A DNA stretch of 64,000 nucleotides from Candidatus Latescibacterota bacterium. GTDB lineage: Bacteria > Latescibacterota > UBA2968 > UBA8231. Under the pieces are notes generated by a model, which searched no databases, was not told the DNA's origin, and was given only the letters and a program-made list of their open reading frames with translations. The stretch is from contig OZ241362.1 in NCBI GenBank assembly GCA_965200315.1, positions 4,224,001 to 4,288,000 on the forward strand. The letters are read 5' to 3'. A program made the position numbers and the translations under genes. Shown here in pieces: positions 39,024 through 49,144 of this stretch. Every line of letters begins with the position of its first letter. Within the stretch, counting starts at the first letter, position 1.

Positions 39024-39800
39024 TTAGTGTGGTGGCTGGAGGACGGCTTGTTGCTCTGGCGTCATGGTTTGGACGTAGGGTGGATACGATACTTCGTAGA
39101 GGGCGGCGACGCGGGCTTGATAGCGCGGGCAGTAGGAGTAAAGCAGGGTGCGGCGCTGGTGGTCCGCCCGCCAGATTAGGGTGCCGTGAATGGTGGCTTC
39201 GGCGAAGATCACCACATCGCCAGCGCACACGTTGACCTCGACCACTTCGTCTTGGAACGCCTCGTAATGGCGCAGTGCTTCGGGGATTGGATAGTTGGCT
39301 TTATGGCCGCCGGGGATTACGGCCAAGCCGCCATCGCCGGGGCCTTCGTCGGCCAGCGGGACTTCCACCAAGGTCAGGCTGTTGTAGATTTTGCCGAATT
39401 TCCAGTGATAGGTCAGCGAATAGGACAGCCGATCGAGTTGGCCGCCGTGGAGGTAGTGACCGGCGCAGCCTTGGTCCATCACAATTAGTCGCGGCCGGGT
39501 GGCCATGTGATAGCCGCCGATTATTTCGCGCAAGTAGGGTTTGAGGCGAGGGTGTACCATCAATTGGCGGAAGGGCTCGCAATAGGGCCGCTCCCAAGCG
39601 ACCATCTCATCGCTCCAGCGCTGTCGGATGTCGCTGGTCAGGGCCTTGGACTCGCCTTCAAAGCGGCGCTCGTGGACCTCGATCTGGTCGTCGTAGCGAT
39701 CGATGGCCTCGTTGCAGCGGCGGATGGTGTCTGGATCGACGACATCTCTGAGGACGAGGTAGCCGTTGAGGTCGAAGAAGTACTTTTCGTCGTCTGTCAT
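39024..39800 (-). CDS. PhyH family dioxygenase, paralog of 38103-38873
   Basis: MTDDEKYFFDLNG, LADEGPGDGGLAVIPG, HGT..W...HQRR; start placed at ATG 39800. Confidence 0.9.
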   Translation of the reverse strand: MTDDEKYFFDLNGYLVLRDVVDPDTIRRCNEAIDRYDDQIEVHERRFEGESKALTSDIRQRWSDEMVAWERPYCEPFRQLMVHPRLKPYLREIIGGYHMATRPRLIVMDQGCAGHYLHGGQLDRLSYSLTYHWKFGKIYNSLTLVEVPLADEGPGDGGLAVIPGGHKANYPIPEALRHYEAFQDEVVEVNVCAGDVVIFAEATIHGTLIWRADHQRRTLLYSYCPRYQARVAALYEVSYPPYVQTMTPEQQAVLQPPH

Positions 39801-39870
39801 ACGCCAATTTCCCGTAAATAGTGGGACTAGGAAAGTGGGCGCTGACTCAGCGGTACGCAACTCCGGGACT

Positions 39871-40313
39871 TCACTCTGGCACTGGTTGCAAGCTGTCCAG
39901 TGCTTCTTGGAGAGCAGCGGTTAGGGCCTCGGGCTCATTCGTGCCGATGCGATAGGTCTTGCCGCTTTTCATTTTTAGCTCTACCGCTTCCTGTCCCGAG
40001 ACATTGTAGAGCCAGCCGTGGGGTGTCAGGCGGATGCCCCAGCCGTAGATCAAGGGGTTTCTCACCGGCCGGCCGGCGTCGATCTGATCGAGGGGGAAGC
40101 GCTTGCGGATTAGGCCGCTGCCAAAGCGGATGCGGAGGTGCCCGGCGTCGATTTCGACGGTCAGGTTGGCGAACAGGGCCAAGGCTACGGCGAGGACTAC
40201 CACTGCGCTGGTGGCCATTCCGCCCCCCCCGCGGGCAGGACAGTTAGCGGTATGGCGGCCGAGGCGATGGCGACGACGACCTTGCCGAACTGAGTGTGGC
40301 GATAGGTGTTCAC
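39871..40313 (-). pseudogene. Small membrane protein (bacterial PH-like), frameshifted at a G8 run
   Basis: GTG 40313 overlaps upstream stop and reads NTYRHTQFGKVVVAIA; downstream frame has YGWGIR...GWLYNVSG...RIGT.EP; frames join if C8 at 40223-40230 were C9. Confidence 0.75.
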
Positions 40314-41296
40314 TGCATCTGCTCCTGCCATGGTTTGATCCACAGGCCCACCAGTTTGCCGTCTTGATCGAGGACGACGCGCACTTCGGGTGATGCGGTA
40401 CTGTACCGACCTCTGAAGCGGTGGATCAGCAGGTTCGGCTGGCTTTCTATGGCGTGGGTCTCGACGAAGTCTAGGCCCTCAAAGGTGCCGAAGAGTTGCC
40501 GGAGTTGTTGGTAGCTGTGGCGCTGGACCTCTGAGGTGAAAGCCCTGCGAAAGCCCTCGGCGGCTTCTGGTCCCAAGGTTTCAAAGCGACCCTGTTCGTG
40601 GGCTTGGAGGATTTGGGTGGCCAGTTGTGCGGCCAGATGGCGTTGCTCGGACTGGACGGGTGCGCTGGCAACGGTCTGGGGGGTTGCGGTCCCCGGCAGC
40701 AGGCGTCCCGCCGCTCCGGTGGCGACCTCGCCTAGGGCGATGGCGGCGATGAATACGGTAATGGCCCGACCACCGGCGACATTGCACGAAACAGCAAAGG
40801 CGCGGTACATCAGGAACACCATCCAGACCATCAGGAGTATCAGCACTAGGCCCGCCGAAATGAGGAGGGCAAGCTGCGCGATGGAGAGATACGAGATGCC
40901 TTGGGCGATCAAAGCCGTGGTGAGGTCGAGAAAGGGAGGCGACACCGCGATCAGGGCGATGAGCAGTCCGGGAGCCCGGGCTAGGGCTTGGGTGCCGAAG
41001 ACGTCGATGGGGCGCACGCGGCTGCGACTGATCAGGCGACCGCCGACGTAGAGCAGGGCACTGGGGATGGCCCAGGCCATGAGGCCCTGCGCTATAGCGT
41101 ACCAGAGTGGGGCCGGGGCCGTGCGCTGGAAGGAAATCACGCCTGTGAAGCGTAAATCGAAGATGCCGCCAAGCCAAGTAGCCAAAGCGATACACGTCAG
41201 GCCATAGGCTAGGGCTTGGCCGCCGGCTAGGAAGTGAAAGGGATTGAACAGCCACAGGTGCCAAGCTGAGGTCGTGCGGGTGTGGGGAGCGTCCAT
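40310..41296 (-). CDS. Membrane protein, Yip1-like N-terminus with DUF3887-like C-terminal domain
   Basis: LFNPF...AG..AL, R.IDVFGT.ALAR.P, several TM helices, C-terminal QLFG.F...VRVVLDQDGKLVGLWI.P. Confidence 0.6.
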   Translation of the reverse strand: MDAPHTRTTSAWHLWLFNPFHFLAGGQALAYGLTCIALATWLGGIFDLRFTGVISFQRTAPAPLWYAIAQGLMAWAIPSALLYVGGRLISRSRVRPIDVFGTQALARAPGLLIALIAVSPPFLDLTTALIAQGISYLSIAQLALLISAGLVLILLMVWMVFLMYRAFAVSCNVAGGRAITVFIAAIALGEVATGAAGRLLPGTATPQTVASAPVQSEQRHLAAQLATQILQAHEQGRFETLGPEAAEGFRRAFTSEVQRHSYQQLRQLFGTFEGLDFVETHAIESQPNLLIHRFRGRYSTASPEVRVVLDQDGKLVGLWIKPWQEQMQ

Positions 41297-41323
41297 GGCG
41301 AGCTGCTTTCTGTGAGATGAGCG

Positions 41324-41653
41324 TCACCCTTGCTCGACTAGAGGGTCCTTTGGTTTTGCCTCCTCTTCCAACGGCTGCAGTTGCTCGACGAGGGCATCGA
41401 GGCGGTTGCGCAGAGTGGGGTAGGAGACTCCGTAGAGTTTGGCCATGTGCTTGAGATTGCCGCCGGTCTGGAGGAAGCAGAGCACAAAGGTCTGATCCTC
41501 TGGGGCAAGGCGGGCCAACGGCGGCAGGGCAAAATCGCCTAGCACGGCCGTATCGCACTCGGTACAATCTAGGCGGGCGACCTGCAGGGATGCGGAACAA
41601 GCCGGGCAATGGGTAGGCAAGCGAGGGGTCTGTATTGGATCAGTGTGATTCAT
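41324..41653 (-). CDS. DUF2089 family protein (zinc ribbon plus HTH)
   Basis: CPAC...L.V..L.C..C.T...G.F, GNLK.MAK.YGVSYPTLRNRLD. Confidence 0.9.
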   Translation of the reverse strand: MNHTDPIQTPRLPTHCPACSASLQVARLDCTECDTAVLGDFALPPLARLAPEDQTFVLCFLQTGGNLKHMAKLYGVSYPTLRNRLDALVEQLQPLEEEAKPKDPLVEQG

Positions 41654-41894
41654 TTTTATTCAACAAATTTTTAAAAAAGTTAAAGTATAATTATCTTTTA
41701 CGCAATAATAATTTTTAAATATACAAGCGTTCGCGTCCGAAGTAGTAGCGATTCGACAAGGGGTCTGTCGCTACCGGGAAATCCTTGCCACGAGGGTAGG
41801 TTCATGGTATCTTGCCCGAACTGGTGAAGTAACGTCCTCTGTAACTGCTACCGCTCCACGCTAATAAATTCCTGTGAATCAAGGCTTTGTGCTC

Positions 41895-44561
41895 ATGAGG
41901 AAGCTGGCACTCGTTTTCGTTGCGGCGTCCATATACGTGCCTTCTCTCCAAACCCAAGATCAACGGCTCGAACTGCCAACCTATCACCTGACCGTCGATC
42001 CCGCCGACCTGAGTGCCCTCTACCAGTCCCCCCACAGCAATGTCCGCTATCCCGCCCAATTTTCCTTCGCGGGAGAGGTTGTCGAGTGCGAGGTGCGATT
42101 CCGGGGCGGGACATCGTCCCGCAAGTACCCCAAGAAAAGCTGGAAGGTTTGGTTTGAGGAGCCATCCAATCCGGTTGGAGTCAGCGAGCTCAACCTCAAA
42201 GCGGAATACTCGGATCGCTCGTTGATGCGCAACGCGCTGGCCATGAGGTTGTATGAGTTCATCGGTCATCCAGCGCCGAATACCGAGCACATCAGCCTGA
42301 TGGTCAACGATGACTTCATGGGCGTCTTCGTCGAGGTAGAGGAGCCTGATCAGGATCTTCTACGGAGGTACGACTACGAGTTCGGCAGTCTCTACAAATC
42401 CGAGGATCACGGTGGGAGTACCGCGCCGTTGCTGAACTACGACACCTACCTTTATTCGTGGAACAAGAAGGTGGGAGGTGAATCCGACTATATCGATGGG
42501 CAGCGGCTATTCAATCAGCTTCTCTATCTGACGTATGAGGATTTTGCAGAGCGGGTTCCCCTCCTGATGGATGTGGAGAATGTGCTTCAATACTTTGCGG
42601 TCGCCTATGCGATCTCCAGTACAGACGCCGTGACGAAGAATACGCTGCTCTATTTCGAGCCGAGCGGGCGCTTGCAGCAAATTTTACCTTGGGATCACGA
42701 TGCTTCCTTCGGCAATCACTGGACCGGAGAATACCGGCCCTACTTTGAAACGATCTCCGAACACCCCCATCTGAACCACCATCTTCTATTTCAGAGGTTG
42801 ATGGAATACGACGCTTGGCGCGAGTCGTTCTGGAGCAAGGTCCGCTTCGTCATCGAGCACGGATTCGCCGCCGTGGAGGTCGAGATCGATTCAACATACG
42901 AGTTGATCAAGTCGGACGTTTATCTGGACGGAGCCAAGCTTGGCACCAACGCCGAATTTGACGATGAAATCTCGCGTCTGAAAGGCTTTCTGGCGGCGAG
43001 GAGATCGTTCCTGACGGATTTCCCCGTTGTCGAAAAGAATCTTCTCTCGGACTTGTACTGCTCCGATCCGTTTCCCTCGCCCGATGCCGATGATCGCGGC
43101 GTGGTGTTTCGAGCCACTTCGCGCAGCCCCCAGGCCGTCGTGGTCGAATACATCACGGATTTGTCGTCCTACGAGACATGGGGAGAACAGATCACGGTCA
43201 AGCAACTCGCGCTGTTCGACGATGGTCGCCACGACGATCTGCAGGCGGGGGACCTCGTCTATGGCAATCGTCTCGTGCTGCCCAAAAACTACACGGGCCT
43301 CGTACCCTATTCTTTCAGGGCCGGAGGCTACAGCTATCCCTCCAACGGGCTATACTACATCAATTACAGGGCCACGAAGACGTTCGCTTTGAATGTGAAT
43401 CACGCCGGTATCGAGGGGTATCGACACTTGCAGATCGGAGACGTTCATCGGATACGCGATGAACATTTCATCGAGATCATCAATGCCGGTGAGTTGAATC
43501 TGAACCTTTCCTACTGCAGCTTTGAAGCCGGGGAGTATTTCAACCGCTTCATGTTCCCGCCCGGGACGAACATCGAGGCGGGCAACAGCCTGATCCTTTC
43601 CTCGAACAGAGATGCCGCCGGGGACTTGTTTCCAGACTCACCCGTCTTCGGCAACCTTTTTTTCGCTGTCTCGCTGGGCGACACGATGAAGCTTTTGACG
43701 CCCACCCTGACGGTGATCACGGCTCGCGTCAACGAGACCTACAGAGCTGTCGATCTTCCGATACCCTCCATTGTGATCAACGAAATCAACTATCATTCAG
43801 CGGATGATCTGGATACGGGAGATTGGGTCGAGTTGTACAATCCCAACGATGCTTCCATCGATCTTTCCGGTTGGTACTTTCAAGACGACGATGACGACCA
43901 TTCCTTTGTGCTGCCCGGTGGGACGCTCATCGGGCCGCGCGGATTTCTGGTGTTGTGCCGAGATGGTGCGGCTCTCGAATCCCTCCTCGGGGTCTCTTGT
44001 GTCGGAGACTTCGATTTCGGATTGCGGAACAGTGGAGAGCTGGTTCGCCTCTTCGACAGCGATGGATTACTGGTCGATTCTGTCACCTACCTAGACGACA
44101 GTCCGTGGCCGGTGGAGGCGGACGGCGACGGTCCTACTCTGGAGTTGCTTCACTATAGCCTAGACAATGCGGACCCCATGCACTGGCAGGCTTCCATCCC
44201 GGTGGGGGGCACTCCGGGTCGGGCCAACAGCGTGTTGGTGCCCCCTACATCTGTCGCGAGCGAGACGGACGCGGGCACACCGCGGTCGTTCAATCTCTTG
44301 CAGAACTATCCCAATCCCTTCAATAGCGAAACCCACATCGCCTTTCACCTACCGAGAACGGAGCATCTTTCTCTGGAAATCTTCAGCTTGACCGGCCAAT
44401 TGGTAGCCACCCTGATGGAGGGCGTTTATCGAGCGGGCAGACACCGGATAGCTTGGGACGGGCGGAACGATCGAGGAGAGTCCGCTGGTTCCGGGATATT
44501 CTTCTATCGGTTGACGACGGAAACCTTGCAGTCAACTCGAACCATGGTCCTCGTCAAGTGA
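41895..44561 (+). CDS. CotH kinase family protein with lamin-tail domain(s) and T9SS type A/FlgD-Ig C-terminal domain
   Basis: FRGGTS....KKSWKV, LNLKAEYSD.SLMRN, LPWDHD.SFG, LFDDG.HDD..AGD.VYG, VINEINY...DWVELYN, GTPG.AN, QNYPNPFNSET; start 41895 or 41874. Confidence 0.9.
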   Translation: MRKLALVFVAASIYVPSLQTQDQRLELPTYHLTVDPADLSALYQSPHSNVRYPAQFSFAGEVVECEVRFRGGTSSRKYPKKSWKVWFEEPSNPVGVSELNLKAEYSDRSLMRNALAMRLYEFIGHPAPNTEHISLMVNDDFMGVFVEVEEPDQDLLRRYDYEFGSLYKSEDHGGSTAPLLNYDTYLYSWNKKVGGESDYIDGQRLFNQLLYLTYEDFAERVPLLMDVENVLQYFAVAYAISSTDAVTKNTLLYFEPSGRLQQILPWDHDASFGNHWTGEYRPYFETISEHPHLNHHLLFQRLMEYDAWRESFWSKVRFVIEHGFAAVEVEIDSTYELIKSDVYLDGAKLGTNAEFDDEISRLKGFLAARRSFLTDFPVVEKNLLSDLYCSDPFPSPDADDRGVVFRATSRSPQAVVVEYITDLSSYETWGEQITVKQLALFDDGRHDDLQAGDLVYGNRLVLPKNYTGLVPYSFRAGGYSYPSNGLYYINYRATKTFALNVNHAGIEGYRHLQIGDVHRIRDEHFIEIINAGELNLNLSYCSFEAGEYFNRFMFPPGTNIEAGNSLILSSNRDAAGDLFPDSPVFGNLFFAVSLGDTMKLLTPTLTVITARVNETYRAVDLPIPSIVINEINYHSADDLDTGDWVELYNPNDASIDLSGWYFQDDDDDHSFVLPGGTLIGPRGFLVLCRDGAALESLLGVSCVGDFDFGLRNSGELVRLFDSDGLLVDSVTYLDDSPWPVEADGDGPTLELLHYSLDNADPMHWQASIPVGGTPGRANSVLVPPTSVASETDAGTPRSFNLLQNYPNPFNSETHIAFHLPRTEHLSLEIFSLTGQLVATLMEGVYRAGRHRIAWDGRNDRGESAGSGIFFYRLTTETLQSTRTMVLVK

Positions 44562-44591
44562 CGCATGGCCCCTGTTTGATACATATGCGCG

Positions 44592-44748
44592 CGACGACCA
44601 GCAGCGCGGCCTTTTTCTTCTCCAGTCCCGCCTTCACGTACACGCCATCCGCCGAGGCGTAAACCACCTTCTGGTCGTCCAGACCGCCGCTGCCGCCAGC
44701 CCTCGAACTCCGCCTCCCACTTGGTCCGCAGACGCGAGAATGGCGAGC
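44592..44748 (-). mobile_element. IS256-family transposase fragment (frameshifted)
   Basis: SRLRTKWEAEFEGWRQRR then, in another frame, LDDQKVVYASADGVYVKAGLEKKKAALLVV, resembling the region around the first catalytic Asp of IS256 transposases. Confidence 0.75.
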
Positions 44749-44886
44749 TATACATCGCTTGTATTCATTGACTGATTCCATTGGCTAATATTTGACGATA
44801 TACAGTGAATAAGTGAATGTAGCTCACCAGAGCTGAGTCTCGATGCTGGCTCGCTCACTAGGGCAACAGTCTGGAGAGGAACAATT

Positions 44887-45705
44887 ATGAACGAACTCGC
44901 ATTGGCGGAGGATTTCCAGTTCGACGCGCAGGGCTTTCTCATGCTGCGCAACGTCTTTGACGCCGAGCGCTGTCGGCGCTACCTCGAAGAGCTTGAGCGG
45001 CTATTCGAGATCAAATACGATGACCCTTGGCTGCGCGATGGGGTGCGCGGACAGACGACGGTCCAGCTCTCGGAAGGTCAGCGGCGGATCAACGGCCTGC
45101 CGCTGTGGACGGAAGCGTTTGACGAGGTCATCAGTTTTGCGCCGGCGGTGGAGCGCTTGCGGCGCTGGATGCAGCATCCCCAGCTCGTCAACACGTGGGC
45201 CATTGAGAAGACGGAGGGCACACCTTGGGGTGGGTGGCACCGAGGGTTAAATCCTGATGATTACACCGTGCGCCGAGGGCAGATCCGTACGCGCATGTTG
45301 AATTGCGTGTACTTCCTGACGGACAACGAGGAAGAAGACGGCTGCCTAACGGTGGTGCCTGGTGCTCACAAGTCGGAGATTGACCTGCCCATGGCCGAGT
45401 ACCGAGGCCGCGATTTGCCTGGGGCCGTGCGGGTCACCGGCAAGGCGGGGGATATGGTCATGTTCTCGGAGACGCTGCTCCACACGGGCGCAACCAAAAA
45501 CTCTTCTCGTCAGCGTACGAATCTCTATTTCAATTACATCGACGCCACCTACAACCCGGCGATGCGGGAACTGCTGGCCGGCAATCAAGGCAATGTGAAT
45601 CACTACGTGTTCCCACCGGCGGTGCGTTCTCGCTTCGACGAGACTCAGCGCGAGCTTACCGAGTGGATGGAGTGGCAGCGCACGGCGCCGGCGTCGAGTG
45701 GCTAA
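44887..45705 (+). CDS. PhyH family dioxygenase
   Basis: FQFDAQGFL, WHRG, DGCLTVVPGAHKS, AGDMVMFSETLLHTG; GAGAGG SD. Confidence 0.88.
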   Translation: MNELALAEDFQFDAQGFLMLRNVFDAERCRRYLEELERLFEIKYDDPWLRDGVRGQTTVQLSEGQRRINGLPLWTEAFDEVISFAPAVERLRRWMQHPQLVNTWAIEKTEGTPWGGWHRGLNPDDYTVRRGQIRTRMLNCVYFLTDNEEEDGCLTVVPGAHKSEIDLPMAEYRGRDLPGAVRVTGKAGDMVMFSETLLHTGATKNSSRQRTNLYFNYIDATYNPAMRELLAGNQGNVNHYVFPPAVRSRFDETQRELTEWMEWQRTAPASSG

Positions 45706-45945
45706 AGCAAGCGATTAACAGGCGATAAAGGAGAATCGTTTGTCGATCCTCCCTACACTGTGCGTCACAACATGAACGGTTTCGTTAAATACAACCAGAA
45801 CATCTTTGCTTGGGAGGACCAAATTAGGGCTGGAGACCGTTGTGTCGGAAGCGGACAATCATTCATAGAATGCAACCTGTCACTTCTCAGTTTGCCATTC
45901 TTCTTGGTGGACCAGAGATTTGTTCCTAGGAGGCCACGTCAACCG

Positions 45946-46107
45946 ATGAACGAAAATTCTACTGACAAAAAGCGCGACCGGACGAATCTGAAGAGGCTGG
46001 ATAGCCTCACCGACGAAGAGGTTGAACAGGCGGCTCGGTCCGATGCCGATACCTTGCTGTTGGAAGAGTGCGATATGGCGTCCCTAAGAGTAAACAAACC
46101 GCAGTGA
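45946..46107 (+). pseudogene. Short ORF resembling the N-terminus of BrnA-like antitoxins
   Basis: AGGAGG upstream, MNENSTDKKRDRTNLKRLDSLTDEEVEQAARSDAD; no C-terminal DNA-binding part, stop overlaps surE start. Confidence 0.45.
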
Positions 46108-46787
46108 AACTAATCGTCACCAACGACGACGGCATCGAAGCAGAAGGCCTACAGACCCTAGTCCGCCTAGCGTCGCGGTGGGGTGAGGTCGTCGTTGTCG
46201 CGCCGGCTGAGCCGCAGTCCGGTATTGGACATCAGTTGACGACCGATAGGCCCATTCGCGTGGATAAACTGACGGAAGAACGCTACCGGATATGGGGCAC
46301 GCCGGCCGACTGTTCTCGTCTGGCGCTCAACTGCCTAGCGTCCGACGGGGACTGGGTGCTTTCCGGGATCAATCACGGCGGCAATCTCGGGGTGGATGTG
46401 TACGAATCCGGCACGGTAGCCGCCGCCAGAGAGGCTGCTATTCACGGTTGTAAGGCCGTTGCCCTGTCCCACTATACAGTAAAGGACCGGTCGGTTGATT
46501 GGCCACTGGCCGCCGAACGGCTGCGGCCGGTTTTGGATGACGTGCTGAACGGGACGCTAAAAGCCGGATATTTTTTGAACGTGAATCTGCCTCATCCTGA
46601 GCACAATCGGACATGCTTGGAAACGAAACACACCTCGGTGGACACGAGTCCCCACAGAACCACATTCTCGCAGACCAGTGACGGCTTTCTATACACTGGA
46701 ATCTATCAGGAGCGCTGGCGGCGAGCCGGTAGCGACGTGGACCTCTGTTTCAAGGGGCACATTTCGCTGTCGAAAATCGCCGTTTGA
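46104..46787 (+). CDS. surE: 5'/3'-nucleotidase SurE
   Basis: IVTNDDGI.A.G, VVAP..PQSG.G, GTPADC, SGINHGGNLG.DVY.SGTVAAAREA; GTG start 46104. Confidence 0.93.
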   Translation: MKLIVTNDDGIEAEGLQTLVRLASRWGEVVVVAPAEPQSGIGHQLTTDRPIRVDKLTEERYRIWGTPADCSRLALNCLASDGDWVLSGINHGGNLGVDVYESGTVAAAREAAIHGCKAVALSHYTVKDRSVDWPLAAERLRPVLDDVLNGTLKAGYFLNVNLPHPEHNRTCLETKHTSVDTSPHRTTFSQTSDGFLYTGIYQERWRRAGSDVDLCFKGHISLSKIAV

Positions 46788-46943
46788 ATAGGTTGTACCT
46801 AAGTACATGACACCTAACCTGAGAGCGCGTCTTCGGATGTCGTCTTGGGAACGCGGGCCTCTGGCCCGCACTCCGAGATGAAACCCTACTGTCGCGTACT
46901 TAAGGGTTGCATTTTAATCGACAAAATACGACGGAGCAGATCG

Positions 46944-48101
46944 ATGAAGATAGCTGACGTTAGAGCATTCCCGTTGCGGATCAGTAAGGCGGAAGAGGCG
47001 TCGTGTGCGCCAAAGGTTGATGGCGGCGATTACCACGTGGACCACTCGCGGTCCATCACGATCTACTCGCCCCATCACGAGACCACCATTATCAGGATTG
47101 AGACGGACAACGGGATCGTCGGGTGGGGTGAGGCGCAGTCGCCGGTGTCGCCGAATACTACGGCGACGATCGTGCGCGAATTGGTGCGGCCGTTGGTGAT
47201 GGGGCGCGATCCGTTCGACATCGAGGCGATTTGGACGTGCAACTACGATGCGATGCGGGAGCGCGGACATCTGACGGGCTTCTACATCGATGCTCTCGCC
47301 GGGACGGACATCGCGTTGTGGGATATCGTGGGGAAGGCCATCGGGAAGCCGGTACACAAAATTGCGGGTGGGCGGTATCGAGATGAAATTTTGCTCTATG
47401 CAGGGATTGGGGGCACGGACCCGGCAAAGGTTGCGGATGCGGCCGAGGAGCACGTAGGCTATGGATACAAGGCACTGAAGCTGCACTTGCTACTGGATGC
47501 AGAGCGCGTCGCGGAAATTTGCCGCGCCGTGCGGCAGCGCGTCGGGCCGGACATCATGCTGATGGTCGATACCCACATGCGGCAGACGGTCGCAAGCTCG
47601 ATAATGCTGGGCCGCGAACTGGAGAAGCTACGTTTCACTTGGCTGGAGGCACCGATCATACCGGACGATATCCCGGGTCAGGCTGAGATCACCCGGGCGT
47701 TGGATATGGCGGTGGCGATAGGGGAGTGGACGCGCACTCGCTACGAGATGCGCGAGCAGTTTGAGCGCCGGGCGTACGACATCTTGATGCACGACATCGC
47801 GCGGACGGGGATTACCGAGGGGCATCGGATTGCGACGCTGGCCGACACCTACAACATTCCGGTCGCGCCGCACATCGGAGGGGGTGGGATTTTGGCGATT
47901 GCGGCAACCGTCGAGTGGTCGGCATCGTGTCCGAACTTCCTGATCATGGAGCACGCCCATCACGCCAACGCGATGAAGAGTCAGATACTCAAGGAGCCGT
48001 ACGAACCCGAAAACGGCTACTACAAGGTCGCGGATCGGCCGGGTTTGGGGGTTGAGGTGGATGAGGGGGCGTTGGAGAGGTACGCGTTTCTGGGGGGTTG
48101 A
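46944..48101 (+). CDS. Mandelate racemase/muconate lactonizing enzyme family protein
   Basis: IETDNGIVGWGE, DIALWDI.GK..G.PV, K.LK, LMVD, WLE.P, A.GE, PGLGVEVD; start placed at ATG 46944. Confidence 0.93.
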   Translation: MKIADVRAFPLRISKAEEASCAPKVDGGDYHVDHSRSITIYSPHHETTIIRIETDNGIVGWGEAQSPVSPNTTATIVRELVRPLVMGRDPFDIEAIWTCNYDAMRERGHLTGFYIDALAGTDIALWDIVGKAIGKPVHKIAGGRYRDEILLYAGIGGTDPAKVADAAEEHVGYGYKALKLHLLLDAERVAEICRAVRQRVGPDIMLMVDTHMRQTVASSIMLGRELEKLRFTWLEAPIIPDDIPGQAEITRALDMAVAIGEWTRTRYEMREQFERRAYDILMHDIARTGITEGHRIATLADTYNIPVAPHIGGGGILAIAATVEWSASCPNFLIMEHAHHANAMKSQILKEPYEPENGYYKVADRPGLGVEVDEGALERYAFLGG

Positions 48102-48253
48102 TATGATCCGCAGATGGGCGCAGATAGACTCAGAATAGTAGAAACAAGATGATCCGCATCTCAAATCGTTCAATCATTCAGGATTGCCATATCATCGTCC
48201 GGTGCTGGCTGGCTGCGGGGCTGACGGTCGATTGAGCCAAGAGGAGCAATGCC

Positions 48254-49144
48254 ATGCGTTTGCAGGGCAAGGTGGCCCTGATTACGGGGGCCGGCAGCAA
48301 TATCGGACGGGCCATGGCCCGCTTGTTTGCCCGCGAGGGCGCGGCGGTGGTGGTCGGCGATACGGACGAAGTCGGCGGCGGCGAAACCGTGCGGCTCATT
48401 GAAGCGGCCGGAGGTCGGGCCTGTTCGGTCGCCGGCGATGTTAGCACTACGCAGGGCTTGCGTCAGAGTATTGACAAAGCGGTGGAGACGTATGGGCGGC
48501 TCGATATATTCTTGAGCAATGCCAATTCCGGGGCCTCAGGCACCATTGCCCAATTTGACCGGGCCGGGGCCGAAAAGCTGTTGCTGGTCAACCTCATGGC
48601 GCTAATGGAAGGGGCCCACTACGGCCTCCCCCACATGCAGCAGGCCGGCGGCGGGGCCATTGTCGCCACCTCCTCGGTGCAGGCCCTAGTGGGCGTACCC
48701 GGGCATCCGGCCTACGGGGCGGCTAAGGCCGGCATTTTGGGGGCGGTGCGCAGTATGGCGGTGGAATTGTGGCCCTACAAGGTGCGGGTCAACGCCGTGT
48801 GTCCGGGGGGTACTGCGGGCAATACTTGGACCGTGATCGACGAGTTGGGCGAAGAGTATCTGCCCGAGTTTGAGGCGCGCTTTGGCAAGCAGATGCGCCA
48901 TTTGCCTCTGCCCGTGCCCACGGACCCAATGGCCATTGCCCAGGCCGCGCTGTTTTTGGCCTCGGACGAAGCCAGTTATATCACCGGCCAGCACCTATCG
49001 GTCGACGCGGGCTTGGGCATGTTGCGCTACGATGGCTTCCACGGACCGGAGCCGCTCGACACGCCGCAGGCCAAAAGCCAGCGACGAAGCGAATTGCAAG
49101 CCGAATTTGAGGCGTGGTTGGCCGCGAAGAAAGAAGAGCGGTAA
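48254..49144 (+). CDS. Short-chain dehydrogenase/reductase
   Basis: ITGAGSNIG, YGAAK, VRVNAVCPG, FLASDEASYITG. Confidence 0.95.
   Translation: MRLQGKVALITGAGSNIGRAMARLFAREGAAVVVGDTDEVGGGETVRLIEAAGGRACSVAGDVSTTQGLRQSIDKAVETYGRLDIFLSNANSGASGTIAQFDRAGAEKLLLVNLMALMEGAHYGLPHMQQAGGGAIVATSSVQALVGVPGHPAYGAAKAGILGAVRSMAVELWPYKVRVNAVCPGGTAGNTWTVIDELGEEYLPEFEARFGKQMRHLPLPVPTDPMAIAQAALFLASDEASYITGQHLSVDAGLGMLRYDGFHGPEPLDTPQAKSQRRSELQAEFEAWLAAKKEER

Noticed and set aside
45760-45945. 5' part of the 115 aa ORF as a BrnT-like toxin
   Set aside because: No recognisable toxin motif; only the part from ATG 45946 resembles a known family
48100-48180. ATGATCCGCA repeated twice and a CCGCAGATGGGCGCAGAT motif
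   Set aside because: Resembles short intergenic repeat remnants, but too short and with no associated gene to support a call
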